Shown: piece by piece, positions 53,722 to 63,351 of the stretch | Layout of the letters: each line of letters begins with the position of its first letter | How positions within the stretch are numbered: position 1 is the stretch's first letter | Virus record (IMG/VR): IMGVR_UViG_3300010885_057925 | Location: 1 to 64,000 of that record | Length of the DNA stretch: 64,000 bases | From: a virus | Reading direction: 5' to 3' (one strand) | Notes under the pieces: model-generated | Seen by the model: the letters and a program-made list of their open reading frames with translations, nothing else | Databases searched by the model: none | Told to the model about the DNA's origin: nothing | Made by a program: the position numbers and the translations under genes

Positions 53722-55527
53722 TCACTCGTCTTTCATCATCTGCCTTTTCAAAGCTTCGTACAGTATCCGAGATATAGAATGACGCTTTGAATCCTGAACC
53801 TTACCGTATTCATTATTCAGAATTTTCCAGTATTTTTCCTTCATCTCTGGCGCGAGGGTGGCAGGAATAAACTTTTTGAAGCTGTCTTCGTCTCCGTCTT
53901 TCAGGAACTCTCGCATTTTTGTACCTGAAATAGAGACTGTCTCACTACGAGGCACGGGTCGCTGTCGAAATTTTTCGATGACGATCGGATCTCTGATCAT
54001 CGCTTCAAGCTTCTCTTTAGAGTATTTCGTCGATGTGTCCTCGTCATCAGCGTAAAATATGAAAGAGCTAACCACGTTTTTGAGCTCTCGCATCTTGTCG
54101 ACCGCAAGCCCGAGCGGAGAATCAGGGGTGATCACCAGCGTAGCGTTCGGATAATCTAGATGAAATTGCGGTTCTAGCACAACCCTCCAGGCATCGATCA
54201 TAACACCCGCGGGAAGCTCATCACGACCAGAAGTTGATGTCAAGACTAGAACTTCATCGCACTCTCTCGTCGCTAATTCAATAACGCCCCAGTGACCTGC
54301 GTGTACCGGCTTTCCAGATACGACGAAGATACCCAAAGTGAATCCGCTCTTGTCACCCACCTCGAGACGCTTCATGATGCGGCTCTTTGTGGTCAAGAAA
54401 AGATCCTCCTGCCTTTGAATCATGGACTTAGGATGCTCAAGCCGCCCTAGTCTGTTGGATATAGCGAGATCAAAGTAGCACTTATTTCTGATAGTCTCCA
54501 GAATGCCGTCGAGATCATTTTCAGGTATATTCTTACGAGACTCAGGAGCTATCTCACGAGCTAGCTCGTCCGCGATGACGATGACAGAATCCCAGTATGA
54601 CTGCTCTTTCTGAGGATCTTCTGCCCTAAACTTCTTCTTCATCCCGGAGCGGTGCTCAACGTCATGCTGATCGAATCTAAGAGCCTTGTACAGTGTCTTC
54701 GCTAGCGATGGCTTGAATACCGAACCTTCGGCGGCTGCTGTTTCAGACTCCGTTGATAGCGTTGTGTCGAAATCGGAGAAAATATCGTAAATAGCTTCAA
54801 CGATTTTGATCGGACGATCCGGGCTCGAGTCATCATACGCGGCGCGGAGCTTGTCCATCGAGCTTTCGATTCTACGCTTGATACTCGGGCTTTTTGTTCC
54901 CCTGATCAGATCTTCAATGCTTCCAAGATTTCCCTCGAATAGCGCTGGGTATGTTCCAACCTCCAGCATCTTAGCGTATTCTGCTAGCCGACCATCATCG
55001 TCGACCGGATTTATGTTGGAGACGAGATGAGTGCCAGTTACCTTGTAGCGTGTTGGACCGAAAAGCGTTAGAAAAATACCGTGTTTCTGAGGGTAGTCGC
55101 GGCTGATCGTTGGCTTTCTCTGCACAAATTCTAGGAAAAATTCTGTTCCTTGCGGGATTGAAGCAGTGCCAGAATGAACTCTTGCCATGTGATCATGCAC
55201 AAGAGAATACTGCGCAATGCCAGACGATTTCTCTCTAACTTCCTTCTCACGTGCAGCCAGTCCGCCGACCTCACCTGGGAAAATGACGTTCCCCTTGTAG
55301 GCGATGATCCAATTTTTGGCGTAATTATTGGGATCAAATTCGTTGTTACGACGAATCAGAGTGAGTTTTGTGCCGTCGATCTTTTCTTCGATTTTTAGAT
55401 TGGGGTCGCTCAGAAATGCTGCCGCTTTCACTCGATCATTAGCGCGAGCTTTCGCAGAAGTTCCAGCTCGAGCCATCGACCCCTTTAGGTCATCTATCGA
55501 AATGTTAGTCGACATTAACTCTCCCAA
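53722..55527 (-). CDS. Fusion of ATP-dependent (RNA) ligase-like nucleotidyltransferase and HxGH cytidylyltransferase-like domain
   Basis: N-terminal EEKIDG (motif I), EFFLEF (III), AEGSVFK (IV), YK (V). C-terminal GKPVHAGH and ISGTKMR. Confidence 0.7.
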   Translation of the reverse strand: MGELMSTNISIDDLKGSMARAGTSAKARANDRVKAAAFLSDPNLKIEEKIDGTKLTLIRRNNEFDPNNYAKNWIIAYKGNVIFPGEVGGLAAREKEVREKSSGIAQYSLVHDHMARVHSGTASIPQGTEFFLEFVQRKPTISRDYPQKHGIFLTLFGPTRYKVTGTHLVSNINPVDDDGRLAEYAKMLEVGTYPALFEGNLGSIEDLIRGTKSPSIKRRIESSMDKLRAAYDDSSPDRPIKIVEAIYDIFSDFDTTLSTESETAAAEGSVFKPSLAKTLYKALRFDQHDVEHRSGMKKKFRAEDPQKEQSYWDSVIVIADELAREIAPESRKNIPENDLDGILETIRNKCYFDLAISNRLGRLEHPKSMIQRQEDLFLTTKSRIMKRLEVGDKSGFTLGIFVVSGKPVHAGHWGVIELATRECDEVLVLTSTSGRDELPAGVMIDAWRVVLEPQFHLDYPNATLVITPDSPLGLAVDKMRELKNVVSSFIFYADDEDTSTKYSKEKLEAMIRDPIVIEKFRQRPVPRSETVSISGTKMREFLKDGDEDSFKKFIPATLAPEMKEKYWKILNNEYGKVQDSKRHSISRILYEALKRQMMKDE

Positions 55528-56915
55528 ATGATGGATTCTAGAATTCGATTCAATTTTCTACGATTCGATTCGTCAACCGAAGGTTGATCGGAGTCTTCCG
55601 AAAAACCTTCCTGACCTCTTACCTTGTACTTCGAGTAGAAATTCGATTTTAAACCCCTGAGATCTATTGTCGAAGATTCTACCTCGGGAACAGCCTGCTT
55701 GAACACCTCGAGTATTCTGTCTTTAACAGACTCGTCCTCTTTAGGGTCGGTAGCTGATAGCTGTTGACCTTCCTCTCCGAAGAATCTATTGACAACCTCT
55801 TCGTACAATCTAACAATCTCGGGTGGGCTCATCCTCTGTTTGATTATTTCCAGCAGACCGGTGAACGAGCCAAAGTTATTAATATCTTCCTCACTTGGCG
55901 GAGGATTTTCACCAAAAAGATTCGAAAAAATTTCGCTTAAATCTTGTGTGGAATCCGTGCGTTCGACGCGCTTCAAGTACTTGTAAGCTTGCTCACCATT
56001 CAAATTCCAATCCAACTTTACGTATCTGCTTCCATAACCCGAAACAAGATCAAATGACTTGAGAGGTCGAAGGGGAGCCGGCTCCATCACGCCGGTTTCT
56101 TTGTTCCTCGTGCGCTTGAACTTGGGCGCCTCTGGGGTTGCAGCCGGCGTGATCGCGCGCGCGTTTAAGGGCGGGGGCGATTTAATGGACGCTAGCGACA
56201 TGAGAAGCACCTTATGCGCTAGACCCTTAACGCCCTGAGTAATGTCTCGCCATGAGGAAGAATACGAGAATTTAGCCCATTCGGTGGGACGCCCTTGATT
56301 ATATTCGGAGCCCTCGAAATCTATCTGGAAGAAAGTATCTCCAGCGCCTTCCGGAACTGTAGAGTCCCATGTATATGAAAACAAAGAGTTTATCTGATGA
56401 GAACCCGGGACTTTTTTATTATGACCGATGTACGCAATCTTTCTTGTGAGCTGCTGGTCCTCTCTCCTATTCAAGGTAGAGTACAGATCATTCATTTTTT
56501 CAGCGGGAACTGTCAGGTCAATATCTCCGACAGTCGGCTTGTATTGTATAAATTCATCGTCCGAAAGAGTCTCGGGCGGCGCGAAAAGATGAGCGGATGA
56601 GCCGTTAAACGCGAATCCAGCTCCTAGAATATCGTCACGTTGACCTGGGTCCCATATCGTAGACCCGTGGTCTTTTTTGAACTCAGAGTCCAAAACTCTT
56701 AGCATCTCGATGACATCGCCTCTGAGCTGCTGACGAGTTATCCTACCAGTCGTGAGATCTATCTTTTCAGCCGTAGCTACACGACCCCGAAATTTTTTGA
56801 TAGCCTCAGGTCCTTTCACGAGTCCCGTTTCCGGATCTCTCACTAGAGCTCTGGTGTTTCCACCTTCGTTGATCGACTTTTCGTTACCAAACATGAAGCG
56901 AGTAATGCTAAACAT
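55515..56915 (-). CDS. Pol-beta-superfamily nucleotidyltransferase-like protein
   Basis: NGSS...GDIDL...QIDF triad; KG..HK; N-terminal INEGGN and C-terminal LNRILE tags. Confidence 0.65.
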   Translation of the reverse strand: MFSITRFMFGNEKSINEGGNTRALVRDPETGLVKGPEAIKKFRGRVATAEKIDLTTGRITRQQLRGDVIEMLRVLDSEFKKDHGSTIWDPGQRDDILGAGFAFNGSSAHLFAPPETLSDDEFIQYKPTVGDIDLTVPAEKMNDLYSTLNRREDQQLTRKIAYIGHNKKVPGSHQINSLFSYTWDSTVPEGAGDTFFQIDFEGSEYNQGRPTEWAKFSYSSSWRDITQGVKGLAHKVLLMSLASIKSPPPLNARAITPAATPEAPKFKRTRNKETGVMEPAPLRPLKSFDLVSGYGSRYVKLDWNLNGEQAYKYLKRVERTDSTQDLSEIFSNLFGENPPPSEEDINNFGSFTGLLEIIKQRMSPPEIVRLYEEVVNRFFGEEGQQLSATDPKEDESVKDRILEVFKQAVPEVESSTIDLRGLKSNFYSKYKVRGQEGFSEDSDQPSVDESNRRKLNRILESIIWES

Positions 56916-56961
56916 GAAACTATGTATGCGTTTTCCGCCCTAAATTGACCGTCGTCCGCCC

Positions 56962-56995
56962 AAATAAAAAGGGTCCACCCCGAAGGGTGGACCCT
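56962..56995 (-). terminator. Rho-independent terminator after the major capsid gene
   Basis: AGGGTCCACCC-TTCG-GGGTGGACCCT then TTTTATTT (cUUCGg tetraloop). Confidence 0.93.
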
Positions 56996-57021
56996 AGTTA
57001 GAGCCCTAGGCCCTCAGAGCA

Positions 57022-58905
57022 TCAGATGATGTTGAGGTCGAGGACGGTGACCGTTCCGTAGAAGTCGGAGCGGACCATCTTCTTGCCGTAGCGGGTCATC
57101 ACGCCCTTACGGGGTGTGAAGTCTTCCGGCGCGAAGATGGTGGGCGTGACGATGAGCGGCACGTACGGAGCGTAGACGTACCCGGTCTCGAGGTAGGAAC
57201 CGCCCTTGAAGCCGACGAGGATCTTGTTGCGGGGGAAGTAAGGATCCTTGTAGACCGTGAAGCGGTTGCTGAGAGTACCAACCTTCTCAGCGCCGATCGA
57301 GAACGGAGCGCCGACCTGGCCGGAGCCGTCGATGCTGTAGCTCGGGCGGTAGTACGTGGAAGCCTCGAGGATCGTGGCGACGTCCGGACCGACCACAATG
57401 AAGTTCGCGGAGCCGCGAAGCGTCTTGCGGTGGATCTCGTTGCCGACGTCGATGATCGTCTCGGTGAGGGTCTCGTACCACTCGCGAACGGTGCCGGTGA
57501 ACATCGGGCCGATGTTGCCAGCGCCGCCGGTTGTCTGGTAGTTACCGGTGGTCTTGTTGACGAACTTGCCAGGAGCGCGGCTCCAGAAGTAGTTCGCACC
57601 AGAGGCCTGTGTGAGGAGGTCGTTCAGGATCTCGCGATCGAGCTCGAGAGCAATCTGCTCGGAGAGGATCTGGGTGAGCTCAACCTCAGCGTCGATGCTG
57701 TGGTAGGCATTCAGATCCTGCGCGAGCTCCGGGGACCAGCGAGCGCGGAGCTTGCGGGTCGTCGCAGTGACGGCGATTGACTCGATCTTGATGTCGATCT
57801 CAGGGATGACCGGAGAGGGGCTCGTGCCGAAGTTCGACTCGAAGACCGGGATGGTGATCGTGGAGCCGGAGGAGCTCTCAACGTCGAGTGCCGTGCCGAG
57901 CGGGTAGCTGACTCGGAAAGCGTTCAAGCCGAGTGCACCAGCCGGGTCGGAGGTCACGACTGCCGTGGCCGGGATGACCATCAGGACGTGCGTGCCGGAG
58001 AGCGGTGTCGGAGTGAACACTGTGCCGCTCCAGGAGCCGAGCTGGTTGAGGCGACGGATGTTGACAACGCCGTTGCCACCCTGGAAAGTCTCGCCGGGGA
58101 CCCCGGTGCCCGCGAGGGTCGACGCGGTCGTGAAGAGCGCGATGTCCTTGACGAGCGTCTGATCCATGGAGGAGGAGAGCGGACCGGTCGGAACGACAGC
58201 GAACTTGAAGGTGGTGCCACCCTCGATCGCGGTCGTGACCTGGGGATCGAAGCCGATGAGTCGGCCGTCGGTACCGGACGTGAAGATGAAGCTGGATGCT
58301 GCACCGCTGAAACCCATCGAACCGAGGAACGAGCCGGTAGCTGAGAGCGTGAGGACGGTCTGGCCGTGGACGCGGCTGTAACCAGCGCCGGCGAGATCGT
58401 ACATACCACCGGTTGCGAGAGAGCCGCTCTGGACTCCCTTGCCCACGGGGTTGTTGTAGATCGACTGACCGACAGAGTAGGTCGCCTTTGTGGAGGCGTT
58501 GCCCTGGCCGTCGATGTCAGATGCGCCACCGCGGTTGGTGCCGTAGGTGTAATCCAGGTAGAAGAGCAGACCGGAAGGAAGGCTCATGGGCTGGATCGAG
58601 ACGAGCTCGTTCGCCACGAGACCGCCGAACACGCGGCGGACGATGGGGAACGCGATGTTCGAGAAGCCGCGGATGTCGCCAGAGCCCTGGCCCGAGGCGG
58701 CGCCGGTGGAGAGAGAGTTGCTCTCGCGGAGGAGGTTGGCGGTCTGGTTCTCGAGGAGACGAGCCATGTTCTCACGGTTGACACCGTCGAGGCCACGGAG
58801 GAGGCCGGTACGGTTCCACTTCTCGACGAGGCGGCTGTTCTCAGCGCCCACGTCACGGCCACGGATGCCCTCAGAGAGCTGCTCCAGTGTGAAAGTCTTA
58901 GACAT
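57022..58905 (-). CDS. Major capsid protein (T4 gp23-like)
   Basis: LLENQ, FPIVRRVF, VSIQPM..PSGL.FYL, TRKLRARWSPELAQDLNAYHSIDAEVELT, YAPYVPL, F.PRKGVMTRY. Confidence 0.96.
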   Translation of the reverse strand: MSKTFTLEQLSEGIRGRDVGAENSRLVEKWNRTGLLRGLDGVNRENMARLLENQTANLLRESNSLSTGAASGQGSGDIRGFSNIAFPIVRRVFGGLVANELVSIQPMSLPSGLLFYLDYTYGTNRGGASDIDGQGNASTKATYSVGQSIYNNPVGKGVQSGSLATGGMYDLAGAGYSRVHGQTVLTLSATGSFLGSMGFSGAASSFIFTSGTDGRLIGFDPQVTTAIEGGTTFKFAVVPTGPLSSSMDQTLVKDIALFTTASTLAGTGVPGETFQGGNGVVNIRRLNQLGSWSGTVFTPTPLSGTHVLMVIPATAVVTSDPAGALGLNAFRVSYPLGTALDVESSSGSTITIPVFESNFGTSPSPVIPEIDIKIESIAVTATTRKLRARWSPELAQDLNAYHSIDAEVELTQILSEQIALELDREILNDLLTQASGANYFWSRAPGKFVNKTTGNYQTTGGAGNIGPMFTGTVREWYETLTETIIDVGNEIHRKTLRGSANFIVVGPDVATILEASTYYRPSYSIDGSGQVGAPFSIGAEKVGTLSNRFTVYKDPYFPRNKILVGFKGGSYLETGYVYAPYVPLIVTPTIFAPEDFTPRKGVMTRYGKKMVRSDFYGTVTVLDLNII

Positions 58906-58960
58906 ATCTTAAAAACTCCAATTTTAGAAATTTGAAACTTAACTGGACCTTACGATCCGA

Positions 58961-60679
58961 TTATTTGATGCCTGCGAGGATCGCCCAACGATCCACCTCG
59001 ACGGATTCATTAACGGCACTGCCGGACTTCGTCGATCTGGAGGATGAGCCGAGAACACGACCCTCGTTCACGGTGCCTGTCTTTGTCTTGAGCGACTCGG
59101 TAAGGCTCGTGTAGAGAAGTTTTGCCTCCCTAACTGACTTCGCAGCGTCGAGCGATTCAACAACGGCTCTCTGCTGACGGGGGGTGAGGTCACGGTTCTG
59201 CATAAGCTTATTGACGTAGAGAAGCTTAGCATTGAACAGGTTAACCTCCTCAAGCTGCTCGCGCAGGGTAGCATTCGCGCGCTCAGTCTCGGCGAGCTGG
59301 ACCTTGAGGTCCCGATTCATGCGGGCCTCCTGCACTCTGGCCTCGCGCTCTGACTTGGCTGCCTTGACGGCCTTCTTCGAGACCTCAAGCGCCTTCTTTG
59401 CGACCGCCTCGGTGTCGCTGGCGTCATCGTCGCCCTCGTTCACGTTGAGGTCTGTATCCTTGGACTGCATGACGAGGTGCTTGCCGGCCTTTCCACCGCC
59501 GAAGCTGCCTGCCATAGCGTCGGCGATCCCGCGGCCCTTGCCACGAACAGCGCCCTTCTTCGCTTCACGAAGACGTGTGAGCTCACGACGAAGCATGGAC
59601 TCGTCGACATGGAAAGTTCTCTCGTCCATATCCTCTTCCTCTTCCTCCTCGTCCTCGTCCTCGTCTTCCTCTTCGTACATCTCTTCGATGTCTTCGCCTT
59701 CTTCGTACTCTCCGTACTCTTCCTCGAGATCATCATATCCCTCAGAGGGAGCGGGGGGAGCTCCAGCAGCGGGTGCTGGGGTGGAGGACACATCGATCGG
59801 GGTCTCTTCGGCGCCGGCTTCGGGAGCTTCCTCGTCGCCGAACTCGATGCCGAAAGTCATACCCTTGAGCTTCTCCTTGAAGTCCTCGTCATCGAGACCC
59901 TCGAGGTCAGCGGGATCGAACACAAGCTTCGCCTCATTACGACGGGGCTTGGGTGATTCCATATTCTGTAGCAGGCGACGAAACCGCGCGCTGTTTGACA
60001 TAACACTCATCTCCTTTAAAAAATTATCGAATTGAGCTCTGTTGGACGAGCTCCCTCCATTAGATATGAGGCGCTCCTGCAACTTCATGACGTTTTTCAG
60101 AAGAATTGAGTAAGCAGCCTTGAAATTCTTGCTTTCGCTTAGAGAAATACGCCGGGAAACCCTGCCCAGGTCTCTCAGCTGGCCACGGACCTCGTCAAGG
60201 CTCGTGGACTTATTGTTCTTAGACCCTAGAACTAGATCGGCGAGGCCCTGCAGACCCTCTTTGTTGAGCTCGACCTCGACGTCGTCACCCTCGGCCTCAT
60301 CAGCCTCGGCTGTAGCAGAAGCTTCGCCGTGCTTGTCAACTCGAACGTTGATCTTAACCTCTGTTCCAGATGCAGTCTTTGTGGTAACGGTGTGCGTAAC
60401 CTCTTCGTCAGGATCAGGAGCACCAGCTCCCTGGATAGGAGACGGAGAGGCAGGCGGAAGAGCAGCTGGATTCATCGTCGGCTCGTCTGGAAGGGCGTCA
60501 AGATCGAGATTAGGAATCTCCTCGTCTACCTCTTCCTCCGCTTCGGACATGATCTGGCGTTCGATCAGATTCCTGATCTTGGGAGTCATAGCTTCGATGA
60601 TCTTATTCTTAGCATTACGCTCAGCCATCTCTCTGAGTGCTCTAGCGTCTGCGATTGCTTCTTGATACAAATTTGACAT
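58961..60679 (-). CDS. Prohead core scaffold protein (gp22-like)
   Basis: EAIADA..LRE.A..NAK; long acidic tract; L.EVNLFNAKLLY.NKL; ends RWAILAGIK; directly upstream of the capsid gene. Confidence 0.85.
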   Translation of the reverse strand: MSNLYQEAIADARALREMAERNAKNKIIEAMTPKIRNLIERQIMSEAEEEVDEEIPNLDLDALPDEPTMNPAALPPASPSPIQGAGAPDPDEEVTHTVTTKTASGTEVKINVRVDKHGEASATAEADEAEGDDVEVELNKEGLQGLADLVLGSKNNKSTSLDEVRGQLRDLGRVSRRISLSESKNFKAAYSILLKNVMKLQERLISNGGSSSNRAQFDNFLKEMSVMSNSARFRRLLQNMESPKPRRNEAKLVFDPADLEGLDDEDFKEKLKGMTFGIEFGDEEAPEAGAEETPIDVSSTPAPAAGAPPAPSEGYDDLEEEYGEYEEGEDIEEMYEEEDEDEDEEEEEEDMDERTFHVDESMLRRELTRLREAKKGAVRGKGRGIADAMAGSFGGGKAGKHLVMQSKDTDLNVNEGDDDASDTEAVAKKALEVSKKAVKAAKSEREARVQEARMNRDLKVQLAETERANATLREQLEEVNLFNAKLLYVNKLMQNRDLTPRQQRAVVESLDAAKSVREAKLLYTSLTESLKTKTGTVNEGRVLGSSSRSTKSGSAVNESVEVDRWAILAGIK

Positions 60680-60704
60680 CAGTGTTTCCTGCGTCCTGCT
60701 GTAG

Positions 60705-60711
60705 TAACTAT
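60705..60711 (-). promoter_or_regulatory. Putative late promoter ATAGTTA (scaffold-capsid)
   Basis: Copy of the recurring motif about 25 nt upstream of the scaffold ATG. Confidence 0.7.
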
Positions 60712-61307
60712 ATCGTTGTTTTGTCTTTTTCGAGCTCTTGTTCGTCGTGAATAGCTCTAATAAGACGTCTGAGCCTGGACATCGTCATCTCATCAGATGT
60801 TGGAATGTCAGCTAGATTATAAGCGTTTTCCGCAGATCCTAAATCACGCAATGGGTACGAATGTGACCAGCCCGCCGTCGAGCCTCCGAGAGATATTCTC
60901 GCTGGAGCTGGTCTAATCGACGGACCGTCAGCTCCCGCTCCGAGGACTCCCTGCTTGTTCTTGTAGAGATCTGGAATGGGAGACATGCTGCGGCCGGTCG
61001 TCTGCTCCCACATTCTGAAATCTGGACCTACGAAATTCCTGCGATCGATTGATCTCGTCGCGTATGAATCACCGGGAACATGACCCTGACCGGTCTTATT
61101 CCCGATCGCGACCTGCGTCTCTAGCTCGTTTTCGTCGTCTAACGGCTCTTCGTCATCAACATCAAATCTAGCTGGTTCGATGTACGGCCATGAAGACTGA
61201 CCATTGCGCGGCTTATTTCTACCCGCGTTATTAATAGAAACGTATCCGCGGTCAACTCCTGAATCGTAGTTCGGAAAGTTGGCCTCGGATACGCTTCTTC
61301 TCTTCAC
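60708..61307 (-). CDS. Hypothetical head-module protein
   Basis: 199 aa with C-terminal SRLRRLIRAIHDE tag. Confidence 0.6.
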   Translation of the reverse strand: MKRRSVSEANFPNYDSGVDRGYVSINNAGRNKPRNGQSSWPYIEPARFDVDDEEPLDDENELETQVAIGNKTGQGHVPGDSYATRSIDRRNFVGPDFRMWEQTTGRSMSPIPDLYKNKQGVLGAGADGPSIRPAPARISLGGSTAGWSHSYPLRDLGSAENAYNLADIPTSDEMTMSRLRRLIRAIHDEQELEKDKTTI

Positions 61308-61314
61308 GTTGATC

Positions 61315-61860
61315 CTAGGAGATCGCGCCAGGGTTTAGTCTGTGAGCAGCGCTCTGACCCTGATTCGCGACCGGTCCGACCGCCTCGATGGATGTCTGAC
61401 CCATCAGGACTGTCGTTTCGGACGGATTGGCGATGCCAGTTCCTGTTCCGAAGTTGTCGTTCGCAGTGATTCCGTAACCGCCGGCCGGAGGTTCGGGCTG
61501 AGTGCTTGGGTCGGCTGGGTTCGGAGCCGACGCAAGGTTCGGGTAGTACGGGGAGGCAGGCAGACCGCCCCCGCCAGTAACAACGTCATTCATGTTGGGA
61601 GCATCGCCAAAATCGCGATTAACTGTTCCAACAGCGTCATCTCCCGTGATCGTACCATCCAGCAGAAGACGCTGAGCTCTCTGACGGAGTTGCTCTGCGG
61701 TTGTGCTGTAAATTGGAGAATTCGGAAAAATGGAGCGAAGGGTCGACGTATCAGAATTGGAGAGGCTGTAAGCTGAGTGCTCCACGTCGGGAGTCGTCCC
61801 TGGCGATATTGAAGAGCGCGACGTTATCGGCGCCTCTATTGTCGGATACTTTCCTGGCAT
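61315..61860 (-). CDS. Hypothetical Pro/Gly-rich head-module protein
   Basis: 181 aa with AGGAG RBS and ATACATA motif upstream. Confidence 0.6.
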   Translation of the reverse strand: MPGKYPTIEAPITSRSSISPGTTPDVEHSAYSLSNSDTSTLRSIFPNSPIYSTTAEQLRQRAQRLLLDGTITGDDAVGTVNRDFGDAPNMNDVVTGGGGLPASPYYPNLASAPNPADPSTQPEPPAGGYGITANDNFGTGTGIANPSETTVLMGQTSIEAVGPVANQGQSAAHRLNPGAIS

Positions 61861-61901
61861 GTGCTATTTGTCTCCTAGCCTCTTCATATGTATTCTCAAG
61901 A

Positions 61902-62219
61902 TCAGATGTTCTCGATGATCTCGCGGCGAAGCTTCTGAACGGCCTCATTGATCTCTGAAAGCTGATGAGCCAGCTCAGCGCTCTCCTTCTGGAGATTCTT
62001 CATGTGATCAACCTTCGAAGCGATCGTGTTGGCGAGCTCCGAAGCCTGAACTTCCTTCGTACCCTTGGCGACTTTCGCAAGATCATCAGGCTTTCCAGAG
62101 GGCATGCCCTTACGATTGGGGGCGGGCTTCCTGGACTTCTTGCGATCAGCCAGCTTCTTCTTCTCTTCGAGTATGATGCGGCGGAGGAGAGCGGGTGTGA
62201 GATTGACGACCTTAGACAT
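61902..62219 (-). CDS. Small basic head-core protein
   Basis: LTPALLRRIILEE tag plus coiled coil; AAGGAG RBS; ATATTTA motif. Confidence 0.65.
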   Translation of the reverse strand: MSKVVNLTPALLRRIILEEKKKLADRKKSRKPAPNRKGMPSGKPDDLAKVAKGTKEVQASELANTIASKVDHMKNLQKESAELAHQLSEINEAVQKLRREIIENI

Positions 62220-62278
62220 GATTAACGAACTCCTTGGTTAGGGTATCGTACTTAAATATCAGCTAAATTGTCTTCTGA

Positions 62279-62731
62279 TCACTTTTTTGTCGTCGCGAAT
62301 GCCATGTCGGCCCAATTTCCCGCGCCTTCGAATATCTGCATCGGATCGATGCTGGAGACTGGACCTCCAGCTCCGGGATTTCTCTCTGCTTCCATCATGC
62401 TGGGCAGAGTGTTCTTCATAGTATCTTCAAAAATTGATTGCATCACGCTTCGTTGATTAGGCGGAAACGCTGAGGAAGCTTCGGCAGCGACAGCAGCGTA
62501 TTTCTGTGTTTGTCCCTGAGCGCGAGCAGCGACCTTGGAGACTCCGTCAGAGAACGACATGGAATCAAGATGCTTTTTTCCAGTAGGAAGCGGAGCGGGA
62601 ACTGGATCAGCTCGGCGAGTCGATTCACGAATACCGGGCGTCTTTCTCTCGGGTTGTGAGATTCCTTCCATGAGAATCTCGATCAAGCATTCCTTAACGA
62701 TATCTTTAAGATCAGATCTTGTCAAAGCCAT
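62279..62731 (-). CDS. Hypothetical head-module protein
   Basis: LTRSDLKDIVKECLIEILME tag; coupled to the protease gene. Confidence 0.65.
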   Translation of the reverse strand: MALTRSDLKDIVKECLIEILMEGISQPERKTPGIRESTRRADPVPAPLPTGKKHLDSMSFSDGVSKVAARAQGQTQKYAAVAAEASSAFPPNQRSVMQSIFEDTMKNTLPSMMEAERNPGAGGPVSSIDPMQIFEGAGNWADMAFATTKK

Positions 62732-63351
62732 TATTTTTTCCAGGACATTATGTCGTTGAATATTCTATCGATTCTATCGCTACGATTAAATGTTCTGGAA
62801 AGTTCTGATGGAGCAATTTGACGACCCTCGCGCATCATGAAAGCGCCGGGTGTAGAAGGTTCTGAAACGAAGTCCCAGCATATAAGCTGGAAGTCATCCT
62901 GCACTATCTGCTGATCACCCGATTTTTTAGTAGAACCAACGCCTCTGGATGAGATTCCAAGAGTGACCCCACTCTCGACAAGGCTCTGGAGGATCTTACC
63001 CATCGGAGTATCAAGAATCTCAACCGTACCGTAGCAGACCAAGCCGTCCATGTAAGCTTCACGAACGATATGACTCACCTTCTTCAGCTCGACCACGGAC
63101 GAATCAGGGTGATCACACTCGCCCAGAGCCCTGTTTTCGCGAATGAACTTCTGGTAATTGCGAACCTCACGCTCGAGTATCTCACGTGGGTATATTCTTC
63201 CGTTCTGGTTGATCGTTTCAGCCTTCTGGAGAATTCCTTTCATCATAATCTTACCACCGTTCTGCTCGCGATTCTCCTTGATGGACTTCGTGTCATAGGA
63301 AAATGGAGACCACTCGGTTAGAAGCGTCAATGTAGAAGATTTGTCACTCAT
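62731..63351 (-). CDS. Prohead core protease (T4 gp21-like)
   Basis: NQNGRIYP, ALGECDHP, VSH, TPMGKI, GISSRGVGS, DFVSEPS. Confidence 0.95.
   Translation of the reverse strand: MSDKSSTLTLLTEWSPFSYDTKSIKENREQNGGKIMMKGILQKAETINQNGRIYPREILEREVRNYQKFIRENRALGECDHPDSSVVELKKVSHIVREAYMDGLVCYGTVEILDTPMGKILQSLVESGVTLGISSRGVGSTKKSGDQQIVQDDFQLICWDFVSEPSTPGAFMMREGRQIAPSELSRTFNRSDRIDRIFNDIMSWKK

Noticed and set aside
59625-59735. (TCC/TCG/TCT)n low-complexity tract
   Set aside because: It encodes the Glu/Asp run of the scaffold, which is normal for T4-like core proteins.
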